The translations under genes were made by a program, and so were the position numbers. This document shows, in pieces, positions 1 to 7,772 of a stretch of DNA of 34,905 nt. The notes under the pieces are model-generated. The model was not told the origin of the DNA, ran no database searches, and was given only the letters and a program-made list of their open reading frames with translations. Source of the DNA: an uncultured Clostridia bacterium (GTDB taxonomy: Bacteria; Bacillota; Clostridia; Oscillospirales; CAG-272); NCBI GenBank assembly GCA_904502055.1, contig CAJGDZ010000002.1, positions 1-34,905 of the forward strand, in the 5' to 3' direction. Every line of letters begins with the position of its first letter. The first letter of the stretch is position 1.

Positions 1-145
1 GCCGCCGCGGCGGCTTCCCGTCTAAAATGACGTGAAGTTTAAGCGAACCCGTGCAGTGAGAGTTTAGGTCAAGCCTTTTTAAAGGCTTGCGCGGTCGAGG
101 CGCGAAGCCTCGTCGCCCGTCGCAACGGGCGAAACTCCCCGACAA
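1..145. other. GC-rich multi-hairpin structured element of unknown class, truncated by the window edge
   Basis: Palindrome GCCGCCG/CGGCGGC at 1-14. Three adjacent hairpins: AAGCCTTT/AAAGGCTT (71-88), CGAGGC-GCGAA-GCCTCG (96-112) and GCCCGT-CGCA-ACGGGC (115-130). They are bracketed by GAGAGTTT (58-65) pairing with AAACTCCC (132-139). No credible ORF; strand undetermined. Confidence 0.3.
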
Positions 146-173
146 ACTTCAATTTATTATCGTCGATTTTCTG

Positions 174-206
174 TGAAAATACGAGATTTTCAATATTTTT
201 TGTTTT
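174..206 (+). terminator. Possible plus-strand intrinsic terminator overlapping the 3' end of the convergent regulator gene
   Basis: TGAAAAT (174-180), loop ACGAG, ATTTTCA (186-192), then T-rich tract 196-206. The stem is AT-only, so it is weak. The half-sites match the 1042-1060 palindrome. Confidence 0.3.
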
Positions 207-1029
207 GCAGGGCGAATTCGGTGTTGGCGATGGCTTGCTTGGCGGTTTTGTCCGAGTTAAGGACGATGTAGGTATAGATGCTGTCAAAGATGGCGAGCTG
301 AGCGATGCGCGAGCTCATAGCGAGGATGGAGTGCTCGGTCTCGTCGGATTTGGTGAAGAGGGAAATGTCCGAGGCCTCCACGATGGGAGCCTCTCCGTAG
401 TTGGTGATGGCGACGGTGGTCGCACCGCAGATCTTACAAAGGCGCAGCGCCTCCACGATGTCTCTCGACGCGCCTGAATGTGAGATGCCTACGGCAACGC
501 TTCCGCGCCTCAGGTGCGAGGCGACGATAGCCTGCATATGGTTGTCGCACACGCTTTGCGCGCAAAGCCCAAGGCGCAGAAATTTGTGGGCGGCGTCCTG
601 CGCAATGGCGGCGGAATTGCCAAGGCCAAAAATGACGATGCGCTCCGAGCGCATAATGGCTTTGGCCGCCTTGTCCAGCGCCTCGGGATCAAGCACCGAT
701 TCGGTGGCGGTCAGCGAGCTTTGGATCTCGCGCATGCGCTTGCGGAAGATCTCAAGACAACTGTCCTCTCTTTGGATCTCGGCGCTGAGCGTGGAGGTGG
801 CGCTGAGCTCGGCCGCCAGGCGCAGCTTCATTTCCTGATAGCCCTCAAGCCCCAGACGGCGTGCAAAGCGCACAACCGTGGCGTCTCCGCAGCCGCAGGC
901 GCTTGCCAGCGTGGAGATGGAAAGCGGCAGGATCTCGCCTGTGTGCGAAAGAATGTAATCGGCTATTTTTTTCTCGGCAGGACCCATTGAATCCTGTAAA
1001 AAACGGATTTTGTGAACGATGGATTCCAT
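190..1029 (-). CDS. RpiR/MurR-family transcriptional regulator (HTH plus SIS phosphosugar-binding domain)
   Basis: ORF 190..1059. Preferred start is ATG 1029 (MESIVHKIRF), with GGAG about 8 nt upstream. AEKKIADYILSH...VVRFARRLGLEGYQEMK fits the RpiR HTH. IVIFGLGNSAAIAQDAAHKF...GISHSGASRDIVEAL fits a SIS domain. Divergent from the sugar operon. Confidence 0.85.
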   Translation of the reverse strand: MESIVHKIRFLQDSMGPAEKKIADYILSHTGEILPLSISTLASACGCGDATVVRFARRLGLEGYQEMKLRLAAELSATSTLSAEIQREDSCLEIFRKRMREIQSSLTATESVLDPEALDKAAKAIMRSERIVIFGLGNSAAIAQDAAHKFLRLGLCAQSVCDNHMQAIVASHLRRGSVAVGISHSGASRDIVEALRLCKICGATTVAITNYGEAPIVEASDISLFTKSDETEHSILAMSSRIAQLAIFDSIYTYIVLNSDKTAKQAIANTEFALQNKKY

Positions 1030-1041
1030 TTTGACGCTCCA

Positions 1042-1060
1042 AATGAAAATTATTTTCATT
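1042..1060. promoter_or_regulatory. Perfect 19-bp palindrome, candidate operator at the regulator gene's transcription start region
   Basis: AATGAAAAT-T-ATTTTCATT, 9-bp arms, read directly. It lies between the minus-strand -10 (1062-1067) and the regulator start codon (1029). Confidence 0.4.
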
Positions 1061-1061
1061 T

Positions 1062-1090
1062 ATTGTACTCTTTTTTTGGAATTTTGTCAA
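1062..1090 (-). promoter_or_regulatory. Sigma-A-type promoter for the RpiR-family gene
   Basis: On the minus strand: TTGACA (plus 1085-1090), 17-bp spacer, TACAAT (plus 1062-1067). Confidence 0.6.
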
Positions 1091-1091
1091 G

Positions 1092-1124
1092 ATTTCAAAA
1101 AAAAATTTCAACATTGCTTGAAAT
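1092..1124. promoter_or_regulatory. Three phased ATTTCAA/TTGAAAT half-sites overlapping the operon -35
   Basis: ATTTCAA at 1092-1098 and 1105-1111, inverted TTGAAAT at 1118-1124, spaced 13 bp. The last copy coincides with the -35 of the plus-strand promoter. Confidence 0.3.
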
Positions 1125-1146
1125 GTGCAGAGAGGTATGCTAAAAT
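1118..1146 (+). promoter_or_regulatory. Sigma-A-type promoter for the nine-gene catabolic operon
   Basis: TTGAAA (1118-1123), 17-bp spacer, TGC-TAAAAT extended -10 (1138-1146), about 40 nt upstream of ATG 1185. Confidence 0.55.
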
Positions 1147-1184
1147 AAATTTGAATTATTATAAAATCTTAGGAGGATTTTTTC

Positions 1185-2621
1185 ATGCAGGTCAAAATGA
1201 ACGATTTTTTGTTTTCGATGATCCTGACCGAGCTTGAGGACGCCGTGGGCGTTGAGAATTGCTCGGTTCGCTCCATCGACAAGGTAACGCATAGCGTAGA
1301 CTATTACTGGCTGTCCCGTATGTGGGCGGACAGAGGCTGCCGTATGCCCGAGGCGGACTTTATCGTTTGCCCCAAGGATGCAAGCGAGGTGTCCAAGGTG
1401 GTCAAGATCGCCAACTACTATAAGCTTCCCGTTACCACCTGGGGTGCCGGCGGCGGCACGCAGGGCGGTGCCATTCCCGTTTGCGGCGGTATTTTGCTTG
1501 ACACCAAGCGTATGAATCAGATCTATGAGGTCAACACCAAGGGTATGTATATCGAGTGCGGTACGGGCGCCATCTACAAGCACGTGGAGTGGGCGGCCAA
1601 CGAGGTAGGCAAGGCCACCATGCACTATCCCTCGTCGCTGACCTGCTCGACGGTGGGCGGCTTCCTTGCGCACAGAGGCATCGGTGTTTGCTCGACCAAG
1701 TACGGCAAGATCGATGATATGGTGCTTCAGATGGAGGTCGTGCTTCCGAACGGTGACATCATCACCACCTCGCCCGCGCCCAAGCACGCGGCAGGACCCG
1801 ATCTCAACCAGATCTTCATTGGCTCGGAGGGCACGCTGGGTATCATCACCAAGGCTCAGATGCGTATTTATGATATGCCCGAGGAGAGACGCTTCCGCGG
1901 CTTCCTTTTCCAGGATATGCACGGCGCGTTTGAGGCCAGCCGTGAGCTTCTGCAGAAGTTCAAGCCCTCGGTCATGCGTCTGTATGACGAGGCCGAGACC
2001 GCTTCGCTGATCAAGAAGATCGTCGGCGTGGAGCGCAAGGGCGCGTTTATGAACGTGGCGTTTGAGGGTTGCAAGGAAATGGTCGAGGTTGAGGAAAAGA
2101 TCCTGCTTTCCACCTTTGCCAAGTATGGAGCAGAGGACCTTGGCTCGGAGTACGGTGAGAAGTGGTGGAAGGAAAAGATCACCTTCTTCTATCCCGGTCA
2201 TATGATGGACATTCCGCAGATGTTCGGTACGATGGACACCATCGCGCCTTACGATAAGATCGAGGAGATCTACTGGGCAATGAAGAACGCCATCGAGACC
2301 AACTTCCCGCAGGCTAAGTTTATCGCGCATTTCTCGCACTGGTACGAGTGGGGGGCTATGCTTTACGACCGCTTCATTATTGAGGGCAAGGACGTGCCCG
2401 AAGACCCGGTGGAGGCCATGCGGCTTCACCAGGCCGTTTGGAGCTGCGGCGTCCGTGCGGCGCTGGCACACGGCGGCGTGGTCAACGATCACCACGGCGT
2501 CGGCATCAAGCTCGGCCGTCTTATGAAGGAGCAGTACGGTCCCGCGATGCAGGTGTTCGAGGGTCTCAAGAAGCAGCTTGACCCCAACGGCATTATGAAT
2601 CCCTTTAAGCTGGGACTTTAA
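1185..2621 (+). CDS. FAD-linked oxidase/dehydrogenase (GlcD / D-lactate dehydrogenase / alkyl-DHAP-synthase-like family)
   Basis: AGGAGG precedes ATG 1185. The FAD-binding half carries TTWGAGGGTQGGAIP and GPDLNQIFIGSEGTLGIITKA. The C-terminal half carries SHWYEWGAMLY and DHHGVG, typical of this family. Confidence 0.85.
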   Translation: MQVKMNDFLFSMILTELEDAVGVENCSVRSIDKVTHSVDYYWLSRMWADRGCRMPEADFIVCPKDASEVSKVVKIANYYKLPVTTWGAGGGTQGGAIPVCGGILLDTKRMNQIYEVNTKGMYIECGTGAIYKHVEWAANEVGKATMHYPSSLTCSTVGGFLAHRGIGVCSTKYGKIDDMVLQMEVVLPNGDIITTSPAPKHAAGPDLNQIFIGSEGTLGIITKAQMRIYDMPEERRFRGFLFQDMHGAFEASRELLQKFKPSVMRLYDEAETASLIKKIVGVERKGAFMNVAFEGCKEMVEVEEKILLSTFAKYGAEDLGSEYGEKWWKEKITFFYPGHMMDIPQMFGTMDTIAPYDKIEEIYWAMKNAIETNFPQAKFIAHFSHWYEWGAMLYDRFIIEGKDVPEDPVEAMRLHQAVWSCGVRAALAHGGVVNDHHGVGIKLGRLMKEQYGPAMQVFEGLKKQLDPNGIMNPFKLGL

Positions 2622-2637
2622 TCTTGGGAGGTAGAGA

Positions 2638-3726
2638 ATGATGAATATGTCTGAAAAATCCAAGGCACACGTTGACGCTTGCCGTTTTTGTTGGATGTGC
2701 CACCATATTTGCCCTATCGGCAACGCAACGGGTCACGAGAGAAGCACGCCCCGCGCCAGAGCACTTGGCATTTCGATGGTCAACCGCGGCGCGATCGAGC
2801 TTGAGGAAATTATGGATAACATTTACGAGTGCGGCGGCTGCGGCGGCTGTGTTCGCGAGTGTGTGACGGGCTGGGATCCCGTGATGTTCACCAAGGAGAC
2901 GCGCCTTGAGGCGGCTCTTGAGGATAAGCTTCCTTCCTACATAAATACAATGGTCGACAACTGCCTTGAGAGCGGCAACGCCTACGGCAAGACCGCGCTT
3001 TGCGCAAGGCTCGGCGAGGCCATCGAAAAGCACGCGGCTAAGACCGACACGCTTCTGTACCTCGGTGTGGATGCCAGATATATGGCGTGCGAGCAGGCGG
3101 TAAAGGCCATTGCGGTGCTGGAAAAGGCGGGCGTGGCGTTCACGGTGCTTGCGGATGAGCTGCCCACGGGCGCGCAGATTGACTTCCTCATCGGCGCGGC
3201 CGAGGAAACGAAGGAGCAGATGAGTGCGGCTGCTAAGGTGATGGATGGCTACAAGACGGTGATCTTTTACGATCCTGCCGATGCCAAGACCGTCAAGCAG
3301 ACCTATGGCGCTTACGGTGTGGAGACCGCGGCCAAGACCGTGACCTACACCTCGGTGCTTGCAGACCTTGTAAAGGCCGACAAACTTTCGGGCAAGGCGG
3401 CAAAGACGGTGGTATATCAGGATCCCTTCCAGCTCTCGCGCGACCTTGAGGAGACCGAGGAGGCAAGAGAGGTTATCAAGGCGTTTGCGACGCTTCACGA
3501 GCTGCACCTCAATCGCGCCGAGACCGTTTGGGCAGGCAACATTCTGATGGCGCAATATATCCCCGACGTTATGAAAAAGGTGGCACAGCGCCGTCTCTTT
3601 AACGTAAAGTCGATCGGTGAGAAGGCCATTGTGACCGCGTCGGTTTCGGAGTACGTATCGCTGAAGAGCGTGGAGCAGAACGAGATTGAGGTTCTGTCTC
3701 TGGAAGACCTTATTTTGGGAGAATAA
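2638..3726 (+). CDS. Fe-S cluster-binding protein, GlcF/LutA-like architecture with a cysteine-depleted C-terminal half
   Basis: GGGAGG precedes ATG 2638. Two ferredoxin-type motifs: CRFCWMCHHICP and CGGCGGCVREC. The remaining ~270 aa resemble CCG-domain partner subunits in layout but contain no CC(G) motif. Confidence 0.7.
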   Translation: MMNMSEKSKAHVDACRFCWMCHHICPIGNATGHERSTPRARALGISMVNRGAIELEEIMDNIYECGGCGGCVRECVTGWDPVMFTKETRLEAALEDKLPSYINTMVDNCLESGNAYGKTALCARLGEAIEKHAAKTDTLLYLGVDARYMACEQAVKAIAVLEKAGVAFTVLADELPTGAQIDFLIGAAEETKEQMSAAAKVMDGYKTVIFYDPADAKTVKQTYGAYGVETAAKTVTYTSVLADLVKADKLSGKAAKTVVYQDPFQLSRDLEETEEAREVIKAFATLHELHLNRAETVWAGNILMAQYIPDVMKKVAQRRLFNVKSIGEKAIVTASVSEYVSLKSVEQNEIEVLSLEDLILGE

Positions 3727-3728
3727 AT

Positions 3729-4568
3729 ATGCTGGTAACGTTACAGGAAATTTTGGATCTGGCGGAGAAGGGCGGCTTTTGCATTCCCGCGTTTAACGTT
3801 TACAATATGGAATCGGTGATCGGCGTGCTTCACGCCGCCGAGGAGGAGCGCGCCCCCATCATTATGCAGGTGTATCCGAGACTGATGAAGGAGGAGACGG
3901 GATACTTCCTCTCGCCCACCATTCTGGCGGCGGCGCACAGGGCCACCGTTCCCGTTTGCTTCCATCTGGATCACGGTCCATCGGAGCTGGAGACCACACG
4001 CTCCCTGCGCTACGGGGCCACGGGCATTATGCTGGACGGCTCGACGCTCCCCTTTGAGGAAAACATTGCCTTGACAAGAAGAGTGGTGGAGACCTGCGCC
4101 CATCTGAACGTTCAGGTGGAGGGCGAGCTGGGTCACGTCGGCACCACAAAGGACGAAGAGACCGACGAGTTTACAACGCCCGAGGACGCGAGGGTGTTTG
4201 TTGAAAAAACGGGTGTGGCTTGTCTTGCTGTGGCGGTCGGCACGGCACACGGAAGATATAAAAAGCCGCCCAAGCTGGACATTGAGAGGATCAAGGCCAT
4301 CCGCGCCGCCACAAACGGCATAGCTCTTGTGCTTCACGGTGGCTCGGGTGTACCCGACGAGGAGATCCGAAAGGCGGTGGCCGCAGGCATTCGCAAGATG
4401 AATTTTGCGACCGACGTTTGCTATACCTTCTTAGATACCTGTCTTGCGGAGCTTCAGAAGCCCGACCGTGCCATTGCCATTGATACGTTTATGAAAAAGC
4501 CGATCGAGGCCGTAGCGGAATTCTGCAAGACGAGAATTCGCCTTGTGGGTGCCGACGGAAGGGTGTAA
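3729..4568 (+). CDS. Class II (metal-dependent) ketose-bisphosphate aldolase family protein (FbaA/GatY/KbaY/IolJ-like)
   Basis: Motifs FNVYNMESVIGVLHAAEEERAPIIMQV, CFHLDHG and ALVLHGGSG. Starts 2 nt after the preceding stop. Confidence 0.85.
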   Translation: MLVTLQEILDLAEKGGFCIPAFNVYNMESVIGVLHAAEEERAPIIMQVYPRLMKEETGYFLSPTILAAAHRATVPVCFHLDHGPSELETTRSLRYGATGIMLDGSTLPFEENIALTRRVVETCAHLNVQVEGELGHVGTTKDEETDEFTTPEDARVFVEKTGVACLAVAVGTAHGRYKKPPKLDIERIKAIRAATNGIALVLHGGSGVPDEEIRKAVAAGIRKMNFATDVCYTFLDTCLAELQKPDRAIAIDTFMKKPIEAVAEFCKTRIRLVGADGRV

Positions 4569-4569
4569 T

Positions 4570-5481
4570 ATGAGTAAGATCGTTGGAATCGGTGCCTGTG
4601 TGTTTGACACACTCTACACCATGCCCACCTATCCGATCGAGGACACCAAGATGCGCGCGCTTTCCAGCAAGAATGCGGGCGGCGGACCCGTGGCCACGGG
4701 TCTTGTGGCCGCAAGCAAGCTGGGGGCATCGGCATCGTATATCGGCGTGCTTTCGGACGATAGCGGCGGAAAGTATCTCAAGGCTGATTTTGAAAAATAC
4801 GGCGTGGACACCTCGCTTGTCTGTGTGGAATCGGGCTACCGTTCGTTTGCCTCGGTGCTTTGGCTTTGTGCCGACACGGCAACGCGTACCTGCGTGTTCG
4901 ACAAGGGCAATCTTCCGGCGCTCGTGCTGAACGCCGAGCAAAGATCCGCCGTTCGTGAGGCCGACATTCTGATGGTGGACGGCAACGAAATGGAGGCGGC
5001 GCTGGAGGCGGCGCGTATCGCGCGCGCGAGCGGCACCAAGGTGCTTTACGATTGCGGCGGACTTTACGCGGACGTGGAAAAGCTTCTGGCACTTACCGAC
5101 ATTATGATCCCCTCGGAGGAGTTTGCGCTGGCGCACACGGGTTGTTCCGATGCCGAGAGTGCCGCAAGGGCACTTTATGCACGCTATTCTCCCGACTTTG
5201 TGGTGATCACGCAGGGAAAGCGGGGCGGAATTTTGTTTGACGGCAAAGGTGTGACCGCGTATCCTATTTTTCCCGCTAACGTGGTAGACTCCAACGGCTC
5301 GGGCGACGTGTTCCACGGTGCGTTTGCCGCAGGCTTGGTGCGCGGTTTTGATCCGTCCAAATGCTGCCATTTTGCCAGTGCGGTATCGGCACTTAAATGT
5401 ATGGGCGTGGGCGCGCGTGAGAGCGTGCCGAGCTTTGATACGGCCGTGAGATTTATGAAGGAGAACGGATATGAGCTATAA
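4570..5481 (+). CDS. PfkB-family carbohydrate kinase
   Basis: ATG 4570 lies 1 nt after the aldolase stop (MSKIVGIGACVFD). GGGPVATG near the N-terminus. VVDSNGSGDVFHGAFAAG matches PfkB signature 2. Confidence 0.85.
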   Translation: MSKIVGIGACVFDTLYTMPTYPIEDTKMRALSSKNAGGGPVATGLVAASKLGASASYIGVLSDDSGGKYLKADFEKYGVDTSLVCVESGYRSFASVLWLCADTATRTCVFDKGNLPALVLNAEQRSAVREADILMVDGNEMEAALEAARIARASGTKVLYDCGGLYADVEKLLALTDIMIPSEEFALAHTGCSDAESAARALYARYSPDFVVITQGKRGGILFDGKGVTAYPIFPANVVDSNGSGDVFHGAFAAGLVRGFDPSKCCHFASAVSALKCMGVGARESVPSFDTAVRFMKENGYEL

Positions 5482-6265
5482 CTATAAAAAATCCTATAAG
5501 AGCGCAAAGGGCTATACGCCGCTTTGCAAGATCGGCGAGTGCTCCTTGAAGAAGCTGGAGTTCGGTATCATCGAGCTGGACGGCGGCGAGAGCCTGGACT
5601 TCTACACCGCCGATAAGGAAACGGCTTTTATTATGTTGAAGGGACATTGCAACGTCCTTGTGAACGGGGAAAAGTGGGAGAACGTCGGCAACCGCCAGAG
5701 CGTGTTTGAAAATCGAAGAGCCGAGAGCTTCTATATGCCCATCGAGCAAAACCTGACCGTTGAGGCCATCGACGCCATCAAGATCGCGGTCTGCGCAACG
5801 CCGATCACCGAAAAGACAGAGCCGCAGCTGCTCAGAGCCGACCGCGTGCCCCTCAAAATGCTGGGCAGAGTGCCTTTCCAGAGAGAGACCAGCTTTCTCA
5901 TTGACGGCACCACCAACGCCAAGGTGCTCACCATCGGTGAGGGCTACTGCACCGAGGGTAACTGGGCAGGCTTCCCGCCGCACAAGCACGACGAGGACAA
6001 TATGCCCACCGAGTGCATCGCGGAGGAGATATACTATTTCCTCTTTGACCCCGAGCAGGGCTTTGGCGTGCAGTGTATGTATACCGAGGACGGCTCGCTT
6101 GACGAGGCGTATCGCGTCAAGAGCGACGACCTTGTGGAGTTCCCCTACGGCTATCACACTACGGTTTCCACGCCCGGCTACCAGAGCTATTTTCTGTGGT
6201 TGATGGCCGGTGACTATCAGGGCTTTAATCGCAAGAACGATCCCGATCACGATTGGGTGAAATAA
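5471..6265 (+). CDS. iolB: 5-deoxy-glucuronate isomerase-like protein (KduI/IolB family, IolB type)
   Basis: GNWAGFPPHKHDEDNMPTECIAEEIYYFLFDPEQGFGVQCMYTEDGSLDE closely parallels the B. subtilis IolB core as I recall it (GNWSSYPPHKHDQDN...EETYYH...DPGQGF). About 264 aa, as expected. Overlaps the kinase gene by 11 nt. Confidence 0.8.
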   Translation: MSYNYKKSYKSAKGYTPLCKIGECSLKKLEFGIIELDGGESLDFYTADKETAFIMLKGHCNVLVNGEKWENVGNRQSVFENRRAESFYMPIEQNLTVEAIDAIKIAVCATPITEKTEPQLLRADRVPLKMLGRVPFQRETSFLIDGTTNAKVLTIGEGYCTEGNWAGFPPHKHDEDNMPTECIAEEIYYFLFDPEQGFGVQCMYTEDGSLDEAYRVKSDDLVEFPYGYHTTVSTPGYQSYFLWLMAGDYQGFNRKNDPDHDWVK

Positions 6266-6299
6266 GCGGGAATTTGATTTTTTGGATCAAGGAGAGAGT

Positions 6300-7772
6300 A
6301 TGAAATATTTACTCGGTATTGATTTCGGAGGCGGTTCCACCAAGGCTACCTTGCTGAGTACACAGGGGCAGATCGTCTCCGAACATACGGTGGAGTACCC
6401 CACCTACCATCCCGAAAACGGCGCGTGCGAGCAGTCGCCCGGCGACTGGCTGGCGGCGCTTTGTCAAAACGTTTCCGCTCTGCTTGCAAGGAGCGGCGCT
6501 TTGGCGTCGGACATTCTCGGCGTGGCGATCGACTCGGCCACGCACACCTTCCTTGTGTGTGATGAAAATTTCAGGCCGCTTCGCAATGCCATCCATTGGA
6601 CGGACAGCCGAAGCGTGAAGGAGTCCGCGTTTCTCAGGGAGCAGCACGGCGAGGAGATCTTTGAAAAGACCTTCCACAAGCCCGACACCATCTGGACGCT
6701 TCCGCAGCTTTTGTGGCTGAAGCGGAGCGAGTCGGACGTGTTTGATCGGGTGCGCTACATCTTCTTTGAGAAGGACTACATCCGTTATTTTCTGACGGGG
6801 GTGTACTGTACCGACTATATTGAGGCAGAGGGAAGTATGCTTTTCGACTGCCGCGAGATGAAGTGGGACGAGTCGCTCTGCGCGCTGGCTTCGATTCGCG
6901 TGGATATGCTTCCGCCGCTCAGAAAGCCGACCGACGTTATCGGCGCGGTGACAAGGGAGGCGGCCGAGAAGACCGGCCTTGCGGAGGGCACACCCGTCAT
7001 TTGCGGCACGACCGACACCGCCATGGAGGTGTTTGCCTCGGGCGCGGTGGAGAAGGGTGACATTACCGTCAAGCTGGCGACGGCGGGGCGCATCTGCATC
7101 ATTTCGGACAGGGCCTATCCCGACCGTCACATCATCAACTATTCGCATATCGTGGACGGCCTTTGGTATCCGGGCACGGCAACCAAGGCGGCGGCCTCCT
7201 CGTACCGCTACTATCGCGATACCTTCGGCGGTGACTACCGCACGCTGGACGAGGAAGCGGCGGCGGTTTCCGTCGGCGCGGGGGGACTTATTTTCCATCC
7301 GTATATCAACGGTGAGCTGACGCCGTACGCCGATCCCGCACTTTGCGGAAGCTTTACCGGTGTGCGCGCCACGCATACGCGCGGACACTTTACGCGCGCG
7401 GTGCTGGAGGGCGTTTCGCTGTCTCTTTTGGATTGCAAGACGTATTTTGACGGCTTAGGTGTTTCGCACAAGCCCGTCGCCACGCTGATCGGCGGCGGTG
7501 CCAAGGGTGAGCTTTGGCGGCAGATCACGGCGGACGTGCTGGGTATGACGCTTCGCGTGATGGAAAACTCCGATTCCTCGCTGGGCTCGGCGATGCTGGC
7601 AGGTGTGGCACTCGGCGTTTTTGAGAACCCGAAGCAGGCGGTGGCGCTTTGCACACGCGAGAAGAGCGTGACAAAGCCCAATCCCGAGAACACCAAAGCG
7701 TATCGCGAGATTTTTGAAAAGTACAAAAAGATCAAGGAGTGTCTCACTCCGATCTATCACACAGAAGTATGA
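6300..7772 (+). CDS. FGGY-family carbohydrate kinase (xylulokinase/glycerol kinase-like)
   Basis: AAGGAGAGAG precedes ATG 6300. LLGIDFGGGSTKATL is the actin-fold phosphate-1 motif. TLIGGGAKGELWRQI lies near the C-terminus. About 490 aa. Confidence 0.85.
   Translation: MKYLLGIDFGGGSTKATLLSTQGQIVSEHTVEYPTYHPENGACEQSPGDWLAALCQNVSALLARSGALASDILGVAIDSATHTFLVCDENFRPLRNAIHWTDSRSVKESAFLREQHGEEIFEKTFHKPDTIWTLPQLLWLKRSESDVFDRVRYIFFEKDYIRYFLTGVYCTDYIEAEGSMLFDCREMKWDESLCALASIRVDMLPPLRKPTDVIGAVTREAAEKTGLAEGTPVICGTTDTAMEVFASGAVEKGDITVKLATAGRICIISDRAYPDRHIINYSHIVDGLWYPGTATKAAASSYRYYRDTFGGDYRTLDEEAAAVSVGAGGLIFHPYINGELTPYADPALCGSFTGVRATHTRGHFTRAVLEGVSLSLLDCKTYFDGLGVSHKPVATLIGGGAKGELWRQITADVLGMTLRVMENSDSSLGSAMLAGVALGVFENPKQAVALCTREKSVTKPNPENTKAYREIFEKYKKIKECLTPIYHTEV

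Noticed and set aside
57-142. tRNA-like four-way junction in the left-edge element
   Set aside because: Arm and loop sizes do not fit a cloverleaf on either strand. There is no 7-nt anticodon loop, no T-loop TTCRA and no D-arm, and stems are 6-8 bp with 2-5-nt loops.
69-477. ORFs 69-287 (-) and 205-477 (+) near the left edge
   Set aside because: The first spans the structured non-coding element and the regulator's 3' end. The second is antisense to the RpiR-family gene. Neither has an RBS or recognisable motifs.
1140-2723. 527-aa minus-strand ORF covering the FAD oxidase gene
   Set aside because: It is antisense to a gene with clear family motifs. Its translation is Arg/His/Leu/Gly/Val-rich and low in information, as expected from the reverse frame of GC-rich coding DNA. 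It has no RBS.
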